Positions 44,708 to 55,501 are shown, numbered from the stretch's first letter. The stretch: DNA of 64,000 nucleotides from an uncultured Phycisphaerales bacterium (GCA_963772725.1 CAVYYI010000001.1:832001-896000); one strand, 5' to 3'. Made by a program: numbers and translations. Notes: generated from the letters alone by a model not told the origin.

Positions 44708-44975
44708 TTGTTTTTATTTTAGTTGGCTCTACCTTGCCATTTCTTGCCATTCTTTTCTCTACATCTGACGAAAAATCCCAGTATAATTGGTGTGATAGTC
44801 CAGCATTCCAACCAAATTGTGTTTTCAGATAATCATCGAGAATGCAGTTGTCGTTAGTAACAGCCTGCTCTGTTATTGCAGGATGAGTAAACTTATTTCC
44901 CCATCCATATAAGTGTGTGAAGCTCATTAATAAAATGACCAAGAAAAATTTTAACCTAAATAATGATTTTGTCAT
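44708..44975 (-). pseudogene. Truncated secreted protein
   Basis: Signal peptide, then WGNKFTHPAITEQA; the frame runs into the putative IS end. Confidence 0.55.
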
Positions 44976-45025
44976 TTTTAAATCTCCTAATCGATTTCAT
45001 AGTTAACGCTTTATTCCTAAATAAA

Positions 45026-45361
45026 TCACCCAAACATATTTATACATATTGAGGAGTTTTCTATTATCCACCATGTTAAAATTGCAGCTACAATAGCAAG
45101 TTCTACTAAAATTAAGGCAATTCTAATTTTAATATTTTTTATAAGAACTCTCATCATGAAAATCCATGCAAAACTATATCCAACAACAACATAAAGCCCG
45201 ATTTGGCCCCAAAACCATTCTGGTATGAATGGAAAATGGCCACAATCAAGCAATAAAACAAAAGAGATAAAATAGACCGTGAAGAATGCTATCACTAGCA
45301 GCATCACAGTAGCAGCAACATCTGACCGCCTCAATGGAGCCTTTGATTTATTCTCCTGCAT
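45026..45361 (-). CDS. Small 3-TM membrane protein (immunity-like)
   Basis: Three hydrophobic segments, low GC, inside the Rhs cassette. Confidence 0.6.
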   Translation of the reverse strand: MQENKSKAPLRRSDVAATVMLLVIAFFTVYFISFVLLLDCGHFPFIPEWFWGQIGLYVVVGYSFAWIFMMRVLIKNIKIRIALILVELAIVAAILTWWIIENSSICINMFG

Positions 45362-45364
45362 CGT

Positions 45365-46159
45365 TTATTTCCCGAAATTGTTTTGTTTAATATATTCGTA
45401 GAATTGGCTGATTTTCCAATTCCCTGTCTCATCTCTGCCAAAGACTACCGGAAAAGCATTCCTTATGCCATCCTTTTCGGGGCCGAGAAGATAGTAGTTG
45501 GCTTTATATTCATTCTCGGATATCATATCAATTTGCTTCAAACCATCGGCTATTTCACGGAATTTCGGTCGAAGTTTCAATAGCATACGCGCCTCTTCCT
45601 GACCAATACCATCGGAAAAGCAATCTTTTATGGTATTTGCATCATTTTCAAGCAGAGCCGTTTTGAACTTTTTGAATACCGTCATTACCGGAGAGTCGTT
45701 TATATCTTCTAATTCCCCGCGGATAAGCCTAAATTCTCTGGAAATATCATAAGACGGCCTCCATACGTTTGCCTGTCCAGCTAAAAGATGAGAGAGTTTT
45801 GCTATACTACTGCTATTCCATTCATCTGGATTCTTGTCTTTATTGCTTTCCCACCAGTTTTCTATTTCTACAATAAGCTTTTCTCTGTCGGATACTATTG
45901 CCGGATATACAATAGATGGATTATTTATAGACAAGCGCAGACACCGAAACATGTCATCAGAAGTTTTCTTTTTGTAAGAGTTCTTTTTGATATATTCAAT
46001 CAATACAGGTGTAGCAGAGAAGTCGTTGAAGTCTTTCAAAGCTGCAGAGACACCTTTAAGAATGTCGGGGTCAGGAACAGTAAGATAGCCGTGTAATTGA
46101 TTTATATATTCATCCTTGTAAAGCTGTTTATTTTTGTAGGCACTTATATCTGCTGCCAA
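45365..46159 (-). CDS. Hypothetical protein (HEAT-like N-part; C-terminal FPVVFGRDETGNWKI domain)
   Basis: 264-aa ORF; C-terminal motif resembles the end of ORF 50492. Confidence 0.65.
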   Translation of the reverse strand: MAADISAYKNKQLYKDEYINQLHGYLTVPDPDILKGVSAALKDFNDFSATPVLIEYIKKNSYKKKTSDDMFRCLRLSINNPSIVYPAIVSDREKLIVEIENWWESNKDKNPDEWNSSSIAKLSHLLAGQANVWRPSYDISREFRLIRGELEDINDSPVMTVFKKFKTALLENDANTIKDCFSDGIGQEEARMLLKLRPKFREIADGLKQIDMISENEYKANYYLLGPEKDGIRNAFPVVFGRDETGNWKISQFYEYIKQNNFGK

Positions 46160-46313
46160 TTGCTTTCTTGTCTCAGCAGCTTTTTTAGAAAATCTGTATT
46201 AGTTTTTTGTTCTTCATCTGCTAAAATTTTCTCCTTTGCCAAAACTTCCGGCAGAAGTTTTAACTTATTTATATGCAATTGATTAGAAGGCAAAAATTTC
46301 AGGTGTTCGATAT

Positions 46314-48858
46314 GTAACCGTCCGACCAACTACAGGTTGCGGATAGTACACAAGTGAAATTTATTTTTACGAAGAATGGGGCTGTCGTTTAGTTGTTTTG
46401 AGTTGGGTTTGCTTCTGTGACAGATTTGAAATACAGCTTTTTCCAGTTTGGAGGTGTCAGTTCGGCAATCCGGCTGTTGGGGTGCGTGCTGACACGTTCA
46501 AGAACATCCCTGAAATATACGAATGGGTCAATATCACTTAGTTTGCAGCTTGCAACCAGACTGTATATGGTCGCTGCCCTTTGGGCTCCGTTCTCATTGC
46601 CGGCAAACAGCCAGTTTTTACGCCCGAGAACAACCATTCTTAAAATCCGTTCTGAAAGATTATTATCTATCGAAAGGATTCCGTTCTCAATATATCTGTT
46701 TAATGCTTTCCACTGACCAAGTGCATAATTTATCGCCTTGCCAATTGGACTCTTCGGCAAAATCTGTAGCGACCAGCTATCAATGACTCTGCGAATCTCT
46801 TCGAGAATGGGTTTACTCTTTTCCTGACGCAGTGACTTTATACTGTCAGCGTCAAGGTTACGTCTCTTTGCATCACGTTCCACATCGTAGAGACTGCCTA
46901 TCAATGCGAGCATAATCCCGGCTCGCTCCTTATCAGTCTCAATAGCCTCATCAAACTTGCGCCTGCAATGCGCCAGCAGCCTACCTCAGTACATCTGCCT
47001 TCGGCAAAGAGCTTGTCGTAACCCTTGTATGCATCCGCCTGTATATATCCGCTGTAACTCCCCAGAAAATTGATAGGCCCATCCCGACATCGTGTCGGTG
47101 TAAAATCGAACACAACATTATCACTCATATCGGCATATACCCATAAATAACCGTCATAAGTGCTTTTACGATCCTTGCACTGAACAGGGATGGTCGTATC
47201 ATCGGTATGAATCTTAGGCGATTTTAACAACTGCCTCTTCATTTCTTTGGCGATAGGCTCAAGCAGACCGGCACATTGCCCTACCCAGTCACACATAGTG
47301 GAACGCCTGATTTCCACATCATGCCGACCGAAAATATTCTCCTGACGATTAAGCGGGAGGTGGTCGGTATATTTGCTGGTAATTATATGAGCAAGCAGTC
47401 CTGTCCCGGGACGACCCTTTTCTATGGGAAATGCAGGAAGTTCTGCTATGGATACATTTTCTTTGCAGTCAGGGCAGGCATATTTAATGCGCACATGCTG
47501 ACGAACAACAAATGATGCAGGCACATAATCAAGCTGCTCTGTTATCTCTTCGCCGATTACCTGTTTTTCTTTTCCGCAGGATGGGCAGATAAGTTCCTCT
47601 TCCGGGGGATGATACTCTATCCGCTGGCGGGGTAAATCCTCAGGTAAAGGACGTCTGCCATGATGACTGGCATTCTTTGGTTTCGGCGTTTCAACACATG
47701 CATCAGCCTTTTGTTGTTCTGCCGCAATCCTCAACTCAAGTTCTGTACAAAGACCCTCAAAAAGCAGCCTCTGGGCAGGATCAAGCTTCTCGCTCCTTCT
47801 GCCGAATACATGACGCTTGAACCAGGCCAGCTGCTGATTGAGGTCGTCAACATTAGCCAACAGTTTTAAAACCATCTCTCTGAGGGTTTCAACGTCGCTG
47901 GGCAGTTCTGTAATAGGTGTGTTTGTTGTAATCATTTATTCCGTTAAAGCTTTTTTCTACATCATTATCCGTAACGATGACTCCTATATATCATATAATC
48001 GGATAATGTCAAGAGAAATAATGATAATATTCAAAAAAAAGTGAAATATTTTTTTTGAGATTATCAAAATATGCCGTTTCCAATTGAAAATCTTTTTCGC
48101 TGATGTGCCGAACAAAGGTCTATGCCCTCGAGAACCAGCGTCAGCCTTGCCAAATCCATCTCAAGACATTTTACTGAAGAATGATGCGGCAATCGAAATA
48201 CACCCTCTTCCAGCCTTTTGTACCATAGACAAAACCCCGTCCTGTCCCAGAATAGTATCTTGCATCTGTCGCGGTAACGATTGAAAAATACAAACAGATG
48301 ACCGCTTAAAGGGTCCTGCCCTAAAATAGTTTGTGTCATCGCGGCCAGACGGTCGAAACTGCAACGCATATCAGTTGGATCAACAGAGACAAAAATACGT
48401 ACCGAACAGGGTAAAGTCAGCACAACTGTGTTTCCTTTAATGCAGAGAAAACCTTATTGATTGTGCCCTGGTCAATGTCAGAGGGTATTTTCAGTATATG
48501 ACCGCTTCTTAGTATAAGTTCCAATGGCTGCGGCTTTGGGCGTATGACGGGAACTTCGATAAATGCCGGATTATCTGGTGTTGTTGGAGTAACGAATTTT
48601 TGAGGCTGCTGACCTGCCAGCTTTCTACGCCAAGAGTAAAATGCCCATTCGTGAAGACCTTCCTGTTTGCAAAATTGATGAATTGACAGATTGCTTGATT
48701 TGTATGTTTCCAAAACCATTTTCCAGAACTCGGTCTGGTCCGCTTTTGTGACTTTACCATTATCGCTCATGATTTTGTTCCTTAAATAAACCTCAAAACC
48801 AAAAACGATTATCCCTACCTCATCAGCATTTACAATATGTACTTGGTCGGACGGTTAC
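46314..48858 (-). mobile_element. IS66 family element, copy B (inverted; tnpC frameshifted near 46975)
   Basis: Near-identical to copy A; own 8-bp TSD TTCGATAT (46306-46313, 48859-48866); TGGGCG read as TGGCG in tnpC. Confidence 0.97.
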
Positions 48859-49297
48859 TTCGATATGGGACATTTTATCATTCCACGGCTGCAGTTTTAC
48901 TACGTTATTTTGCTTTCTATATATGTGCGGCAGGTTGAGCAAACAAACTATGAAAGGCTTAACTTCTTTGTCGGATACCCAATACCATACAAACCCTTGT
49001 TTATAAATGAATAGCTGTTCCGGGGCCAGTCTCGAAAACGGCCAGTGTTCTATCTGTATCGACTGGCTTGGGATTGTATATTTGCCGTCTTTGTCGGTAA
49101 CAGTTTCATATACAGCGCCGAATCGTCTGTTACCTCCCTCAAAGGAGAATCCCATGATATCACAGTTATATACTACAACCGCATCTTCAATTGGCTTACC
49201 GGTTATGGCATCGGTAACATGACCCGTTCGTATTCCTGTAGTTATTGTTATAGTTTTATCTTCGGGCAAAACATTTTCTTCACACAAGGCCATATTA

Positions 49298-50420
49298 TAC
49301 TACTCTTGATTGAAAAATTCCGTATTTTTCAATCAAAAAGCACCTTCTGTCCGATAAACAGCGTATATGAAGGATTATAAGTTGTCAAAAGAAAAAATAG
49401 CTGAACTGGAGGCATTGCATCGTTCGTTGCGTGATAAGCGTCAGGCCGACCGGGTCAAAGCGGTCATTGCTTTAGCAAAGGGATGGTCGGCGGCTCAGGT
49501 GGCCGAGATACTTCTTTTCGATGAGAAGACATCACGGGGCTATTTCGAGCGGTATCGGCAAGACGGTTTCCAGGCATTGCTGGATGACAACTATCCCGGC
49601 GCAGAACCGAAACTCGATGAACATCAAATGAGCGAACTTGAGGCATATCTCGAAGATCATATTTTCCCCGATGCCAAATCGGTTATCGCTCACATTGACA
49701 AGCAGTATGTGGTCCATTACTCCGTCAGCGGAGTCACCGATTTGCTGCATCGTCTTGGATTTTCCTACAAGAAGCCGACACATGTTCCCGGTAAACAAGA
49801 CCCCATCAAGCAACAGGCATTTCTCGAGGAATATGAACAGATCAAGGCAAGCAAAAGTCAAAACGACCCAATTTATTTCGCCGATGCCACCCACCCGCAG
49901 CACAACAGCATTCCTTCTTACGGCTGGATTAAGACGGGAAAGGAAAAAGAACTCAAAGCCAACTGTGGCCGCCAGCGATTGAATATCAATGGTGCGATTA
50001 ACATCGAAACACTGGAGCCAACGACAGGGTTTTATGACACGATCAATGCGAATTCGACCATTGATTTGTTCTCTAAGATCGAAGCAAAACATCCGGAGGC
50101 CAAAAGGATTTACATCATTGTTGACAATGCTCGATATTATCGTTCACGTTTGTTAAAAGAGTATACCGAGGGCACGAAAATCAAATTGATCTTTTTGCCG
50201 TCATACTCGCCGAATCTGAATCTGATTGAACGGTACTGGAAGTTTTTTAAGAAAAAAGTGCTGAACAATCGCTACTATGAAACGTTTGGTGAATTCAAGC
50301 GAGCATGTGAGAGCTTTTTCCGGAAGAGAAAGAAATATTTGCCGGAACTGAGAGCATTACTGACAGAAAACTTTCACATTCAAGCTGCATAAAAACAGGA
50401 AAATTCAATCGTAAGCAGTA
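49298..50420 (+). mobile_element. IS630 family element
   Basis: IRs TACTACTCTTGATTGAA / TTCAATCGTAAGCAGTA flanked by duplicated TA. Confidence 0.93.
49367..50392 (+). CDS. IS630 transposase
   Basis: HTH; YFAD; DNARYY; LPSYSPNLNLIERYW. Confidence 0.95.
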   Translation: MKDYKLSKEKIAELEALHRSLRDKRQADRVKAVIALAKGWSAAQVAEILLFDEKTSRGYFERYRQDGFQALLDDNYPGAEPKLDEHQMSELEAYLEDHIFPDAKSVIAHIDKQYVVHYSVSGVTDLLHRLGFSYKKPTHVPGKQDPIKQQAFLEEYEQIKASKSQNDPIYFADATHPQHNSIPSYGWIKTGKEKELKANCGRQRLNINGAINIETLEPTTGFYDTINANSTIDLFSKIEAKHPEAKRIYIIVDNARYYRSRLLKEYTEGTKIKLIFLPSYSPNLNLIERYWKFFKKKVLNNRYYETFGEFKRACESFFRKRKKYLPELRALLTENFHIQAA

Positions 50421-50491
50421 TAGAAGCTAACGTTATCAATATCATTGTAACTTTGGTTATATGTCTTTTCATAGGGGTCTCCAATTATCTG

Positions 50492-51080
50492 TTAATGATA
50501 AGCAATAAAATAGCATAACTGTAAAAGTTTCCAGTTTCCATTATCATCCTTTATGAAAATTACAGGAAAACTGTAAGTGTTGCCGCCAATCTGAGACTGC
50601 ATTTCATATCTAACCTTGCCGGGTTTAGATGAAACCAATGTCATTGGTTCTTCAAACTTGCCAATTATCGGGTCGCGGGAAGTAAATCTGCAGATAGATG
50701 GGCTATATTGTCTGTTACGCAGATAGTATTCGCCAGTTTCTGAATCATAGTATTGACCTGTAAACATAAAGCAGTTGCTCGTCGCTTGTGACTCGTCGCT
50801 AGCAAATGATTCTCCTAATGGATTATATGTGTAGCTGTTCTTTATTACTCCGTTTGAATCTATAACCTGCCGAACACTTCCGAGGCGGTCGTGGAGGTAG
50901 AAGTATTTGCTGTCAACGACAACGTGATTGCTGTCGTCTAACCCGTTGCAGTCATACTTTGCCAATACCTGGCTGTCGGCGTAAAAATATTGTTTTGTCA
51001 AAGAGCTGTTAACATCAGCTATTTCGCACAATATTACAGGCAATCCACCGGAGATGTCAACTATAAATCTCTTATCGCCT
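50492..51080 (-). pseudogene. Rhs-associated core fragment fused to an unrelated C-terminal piece
   Basis: YLHDRLGSVR, YTYNPLGE, FTGQYYDSETGEYYLRNRQY.P..CRFTSRDP; lacks the final LY.Y..NNP..xxDPxG and a convincing start. Confidence 0.8.
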
Positions 51081-51290
51081 GGGATAGGAAAGGAACATCG
51101 TATCCCCCTGAAAAGGATTAGGTGTATGACACAGGAACAGACAGAAGATATTGTTTGTCAGATTAAGTCTCAACTATTTCACCTAAACCCTACCCCATGA
51201 TTTAAGCGGACAAAATTCGTCGCTGGTTCGCCATAGCTCCGCCAAAGGCGGATTCGATATCTCGACGCTTCACGAATAACGCTTCACGTT

Positions 51291-51905
51291 CTAAAGTATC
51301 ACCGAAACTGAATTTGTCGGCCAGCTTTCGCCTGCGGCGTTGACGGCCTTTACTCGGTATTCAAGTTTCACGCCCTGCGGCTGGTCTTTTAACTTAACCT
51401 GCGGATTAAATGATGTGCCTGCCATACTCCAGTCGTCCGGGTCGGTATTTACCCGGCGGCGTTCGATTATATACATCCTTACTTGTCCCCCTGCGAATCT
51501 TTTTGCCTTAACCCAGCTTAGAAATAATGTGTTCTCGGTCTGTGCTACAATTTTCAGGCTGGTAGGCGAAGCGGGAGGAGGAATCTGCTGTGCCTCTGCC
51601 TTCGGTCCCCAGCCGATGAAACTAAGAATTTCCGGACTGCCGGAGGTATCGACCTCGGATAGCTTTATCTGGTTCTTCATAACCGTCTGCAGATTTACAA
51701 AGGCGGCCTGTTTCTCCTCGGCGGCAAGAGCGACCATAGATTCCGCTTCCTGAAGCGCGTTTGCCGCATCCGTAAATCGCTGTCTTGCCGATTCAAGCGA
51801 TGCCGTATCATGATGAGGAAATTCAGCAGGATGATTTGTGTAACCCCCTATCATATTATCGACCAGTGCCATTACCTGATTCTGCCTTCTTGGATATTGA
51901 GCCAT
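51291..51905 (-). CDS. Small protein: helical N-terminus + fibronectin type III domain
   Basis: PASPTSL..LFLSW..YIIERR..EYRVKAVNAAGES; AAGGGG SD; no signal peptide. Confidence 0.88.
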   Translation of the reverse strand: MAQYPRRQNQVMALVDNMIGGYTNHPAEFPHHDTASLESARQRFTDAANALQEAESMVALAAEEKQAAFVNLQTVMKNQIKLSEVDTSGSPEILSFIGWGPKAEAQQIPPPASPTSLKIVAQTENTLFLSWVKAKRFAGGQVRMYIIERRRVNTDPDDWSMAGTSFNPQVKLKDQPQGVKLEYRVKAVNAAGESWPTNSVSVIL

Positions 51906-52152
51906 TTTAAAACCCCTTGTTTAATAAAATTACCAAATCCGAATATCGAAATCCGAAACAATCTCGAATAATCAAAATTCAAATGTTTCAAACAAAACTT
52001 GTTCCGCATTTTTTATTTTTGCTTTTTAATTTTTAATCTGAAAAATGTGTCGGCTGATTTACAGGACAGGTTAAGCTGTTTTTTTTGCGTAAAATAAATG
52101 TTACGGGACTAAAAATGCGGTAACATTATGTAAGATAAGGAGTTATACATTA

Positions 52153-52510
52153 TTATTCAAGCTTGAAATATTGAAAATCGTGCTTACAACTGACGATTGT
52201 GAACTGACAATCGTTGATTGTAAGTGTGCGATTATCGATTGTAAGCCTGCAATTGACAAAAGTGAATTGGCAATCTATGGCGGTAAGTTTGCGATTATAG
52301 ATTGTCGATTGGCATTCCATAGCTGTGAATTTACATTTTACGGCTGTTAATCGACAATTATGGATTGTAAGCTGACAATTGGCGGATGTGAACGTGAAAA
52401 ATGATATTTGAAGCTTGATATGCGACGTTTTAAGCTCGAAATTTTAGATTAACGCTGAGTATCCGGCATATTAAGCTCGAAAAACCATTTATCAAGCGTG
52501 ATATTCGATA
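52153..52510. repeat. Degenerate 21-bp-period tandem array (~17 units)
   Basis: GATTGT at 52195, 52216, 52237, 52300, 52363; AAGCT(T/C)GA at 52159, 52411, 52432. Confidence 0.85.
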
Positions 52511-52778
52511 AACCAAACCAGATAAAACAGTGTTAATCCGCGTAAATACATGTCGAAAAGAATAGAATACAAAACACAGAAATCAGAAGAAAAACTAAAA
52601 AAATTAGCGCAATCAGCGTTTAAATTAGTCGCTGGTCGTTAGCAAATCATCCCTAACAAAAATCTTCGTGTTCGTTCGTTGTTAAAAAAAACCTTTTAAA
52701 TCAGAGTAATCAGTGTTTAACAAAGGACTTATAAATATCGCTGTTGTTAATCTTTTTTAAAATTGTTATAATTCCTCT

Positions 52779-54716
52779 ATGCCAGAAGAAAAAATGAATG
52801 TTTTTGTTTACGGTTCGCTGCGTGACCCCGCGATTTTTAAGTCGGTCAGCGGCTTGTCCTTTACCATCAATCCCTCACACGTAAACCGGGAGAACCTGAT
52901 GGCTGAACCCGCTGTACTGCCCTACTATCGAAGGATTAGTCCCGACAACGTTTATTTTTATGCCATAGCCGACCTCTATTCGCGAATTGAGGGTTTTGTT
53001 ATTTATGACGTTCCGCCTTCGGCGATGAAGGAAATTGACCGCTACGAAGGTAAGCGGTATGACAGGGATACAGTGGAAGTCAACACCGCGAAAGGCATTG
53101 TCAAGGCACAGGCGTACCTGGCAAGTCACGAATCCATGAAAAAACGTTTCGGTGACAGGTTTCACGTCAATTTGATTCATGAACTCTGGCTGCGTAAAAG
53201 GATTGAGGAATTTTTCAAGAAACGCATCAGGCCAGGCGACCAGACACTCGACGCCGATTTGGAACGTCGTGCCAACAGGGAGCTTTTCGCTATTACAGAA
53301 AGAGACCTCGTTATTACCCATTATCGAACTGAAGGCATAAGCGACTACTATATCGAACATGAATTTGACAGGCCCCAGCCAACCATAAAGAACCTCTATA
53401 GCGATGCCGAGGCAATGCCTTTTATCGACAATTATTTGGCTATTGTTATAAGACAGGTACTGCTGAACCAACTCGATGAAAAGATACAGTCCCGGTTTCG
53501 CTTCGAGCTCGAGCATATGCGGACATCTGAGAGATACTTCAAACGCTCCGTAAGTCTCCTTATGGCTCTGTATATAATCAACGCCAACAAATCGACCGTC
53601 AATTTAATTATTCAAAAGGCTCTTAAGACTACGCCTCACGAAAAAAACGACCTGATAAACTACGTCAAGTATGCCGTTCATGCCGCTGACAGTATTTTCG
53701 ACGCACGCATTGCCCACGCCGTGCTTGACCGAATTCGTACGAATTTTGACCCCGGTCTTGTACCTCTTGGCGCTGAACTGGAATTCAGCAATCTCGGCAA
53801 AGACGCTGTTAACGCATTCCGCGGCAACTCTGCCCCTAAAGACCATGTTTATAACGGTTTTAAATATTTTAATGATTTCGGATTGAATATATTAACATGG
53901 AAACTTGGCGGCTACATAGACGACCATACCGATTCCGAGAATATGGCACGTCGAAGCGGTTTTCTTGAGCTTGCCCCGGGCAGATTGAATATCGTGGGCG
54001 AACTTTCCAGACCGGTAACTGCCACTCCATGGCTGCTTAGTCAGTTGATTCATGAAATTGTCTGTTTCTACGATGTTAAACCCCACAGCCTACACCTTTC
54101 TTTTCAGCTCAGAAAAAATCAGGTAGGCAAACAAAAAATTCTCCCCCTTGATTTTGTTCAGTGCCTTTTGACGCTTGGCGGCGGACTCGAACAAAAAGAC
54201 ACCGGCGGCCTCTGGATAACAAGATTATGCCGCAACGAAATAACACGAAATGTCGATGGTGAAGAACTTGTCTTTGCCCGGACAAGCAAGCGAAGATGGT
54301 ATCTTGGTGAGGATGAAGTCGCCGACAAGGTTCCCGCCCAGGCAATGACGCATATTCAGCAGTATAAATTCATCAGGCTCGAAGAATACGCTAATTATGA
54401 GCCGTTGATTCTTTGTCTCAAGGGTCTTCAGTTGAGTTATAATCCCGCCGATTACCTTACTGTCGAACAGTTAAACGGCAGCCCTGAACTCCAGGAGCAA
54501 TATAAGGAATTAAAAAGATGGGCGGCCGAACCTTCTGAAATCAGCAGGGAAACAATAGGGCGTTTTATCGCTGCAATCCAGGATGGTTTACTCCACGAAG
54601 CACACCGTCACCCCGTTCATAAACTCCATCATATTGACTGGGCACTAAGCGCTATAGACACACAGCTTCAGCTTTTTAATACGCGGGTAAAAGAGCAGCA
54701 TCACAACACCATCTGA
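52779..54716 (+). CDS. Gamma-glutamylcyclotransferase-domain protein with a large C-terminal putative ligase domain
   Basis: VFVYGSL..IEG..IDRYEG..Y.R..AQAY N-terminus; LGAELEF / FLELAP / HSLHLSF C-terminus. Confidence 0.8.
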   Translation: MPEEKMNVFVYGSLRDPAIFKSVSGLSFTINPSHVNRENLMAEPAVLPYYRRISPDNVYFYAIADLYSRIEGFVIYDVPPSAMKEIDRYEGKRYDRDTVEVNTAKGIVKAQAYLASHESMKKRFGDRFHVNLIHELWLRKRIEEFFKKRIRPGDQTLDADLERRANRELFAITERDLVITHYRTEGISDYYIEHEFDRPQPTIKNLYSDAEAMPFIDNYLAIVIRQVLLNQLDEKIQSRFRFELEHMRTSERYFKRSVSLLMALYIINANKSTVNLIIQKALKTTPHEKNDLINYVKYAVHAADSIFDARIAHAVLDRIRTNFDPGLVPLGAELEFSNLGKDAVNAFRGNSAPKDHVYNGFKYFNDFGLNILTWKLGGYIDDHTDSENMARRSGFLELAPGRLNIVGELSRPVTATPWLLSQLIHEIVCFYDVKPHSLHLSFQLRKNQVGKQKILPLDFVQCLLTLGGGLEQKDTGGLWITRLCRNEITRNVDGEELVFARTSKRRWYLGEDEVADKVPAQAMTHIQQYKFIRLEEYANYEPLILCLKGLQLSYNPADYLTVEQLNGSPELQEQYKELKRWAAEPSEISRETIGRFIAAIQDGLLHEAHRHPVHKLHHIDWALSAIDTQLQLFNTRVKEQHHNTI

Positions 54717-54717
54717 C

Positions 54718-55197
54718 TCATCGTCTATAATTTTTTCGATAGATTCTCTTTTGCTTCAGTCTTTTAATCGCGAATTTTGCCACCTCCTCGTGGTCGAAAG
54801 CCATATTTGATGGCAGATTCTCTATGTCGAACCATTTCGCCTCTGAAGCGTCATCCCCGCCTTTGACTTTCTTCGCTTTGCCGCTCACTATACCCATAAA
54901 AACAATCGTAATTTGTCTGCCTCGCGGGTCTCTGCCGCATCTGCCGAAAGTATGCATCTGCTCAAGCTGGACATTCTTCAACCCAGTTTCCTCTTCCAGC
55001 TCTCTGGCGACGGCAACCTCAAGTTCCTCATCTATCTCTATAAATCCTCCAGGGAAAGCCCACTTGCCTTTGAATGGTTCATTGCCTCGCTTTATCAGCA
55101 GTATTTTGGCGACGCTGCCGCTAACTGAGAAAACAACCGCGTCAACTGTAACCATTGGCCGAGGCCACTTATACACGTACCTTCCTTTTTTAGCCAT
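54718..55197 (-). CDS. NUDIX hydrolase
   Basis: GGFIEIDEELEVAVARELEEETGL Nudix box; GRDPRG; LAFDH-like motif. Confidence 0.94.
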   Translation of the reverse strand: MAKKGRYVYKWPRPMVTVDAVVFSVSGSVAKILLIKRGNEPFKGKWAFPGGFIEIDEELEVAVARELEEETGLKNVQLEQMHTFGRCGRDPRGRQITIVFMGIVSGKAKKVKGGDDASEAKWFDIENLPSNMAFDHEEVAKFAIKRLKQKRIYRKNYRR

Positions 55198-55220
55198 AAT
55201 GATATTCCATTATATTACAA

Positions 55221-55387
55221 GCCGAGATCGCAAGTTAAACTGTCGAAAAATGTTGGTTGGTTGCTTGTGCGTTCCATAATCTTTGCATCCATGCAATAAA
55301 ATTGACTATTGAATGGACGCATTATATCATATCCGCTGATAATTGCATTAATGTTTTGTAAAAAATGCATAGTTTTTCAGAGGTCTC
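55221..55387 (-). mobile_element. Truncated left end of the IS5 element
   Basis: Reverse complement matches 14126-~14292 (IR, leader, first codons). Confidence 0.9.
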
Positions 55388-55416
55388 AATTACCATTCTG
55401 CGAAATTTTAAAATTT

Positions 55417-55478
55417 GTCATACCTGCGAAAGCAGGTATCCAGTTCAGAAAGTGGATTCCCGCTTGCGAGGGAATGAC
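55417..55478. repeat. REPIN-like inverted REP doublet
   Basis: GTCATACCTGCGAAAGCAGGTATCCA ... TGGATTCCCGCTTGCGAGGGAATGAC. Confidence 0.8.
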
Positions 55479-55501
55479 TTACTTATAGAAATCGATTTTT
55501 A

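Larger units (their letters stand above)
46144..50472 (-). pseudogene. Secreted protein with carboxypeptidase-regulatory-like domain, interrupted by IS630 and IS66
   Basis: Removing both IS plus one TSD each restores MKRHITKVTMILITLASN-MALCEE...KMSHIE-HLKFLPS...WQQI in frame. Confidence 0.88.

Noticed and set aside
46960..46985. Programmed frameshift in IS66-B tnpC
   Set aside because: Copy A is continuous at the same site and there is no slippery sequence; it is a single-base loss.
41870..48858. Composite transposon formed by the inverted IS66 pair
   Set aside because: Each copy has its own matching 8-bp TSD and copy B splits a gene, so they are independent insertions with no inversion.
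52153..52510. CRISPR or other repeat-spacer array
   Set aside because: No invariant repeat alternating with unique spacers, the period is only 21 bp, and there are no cas genes in the window.
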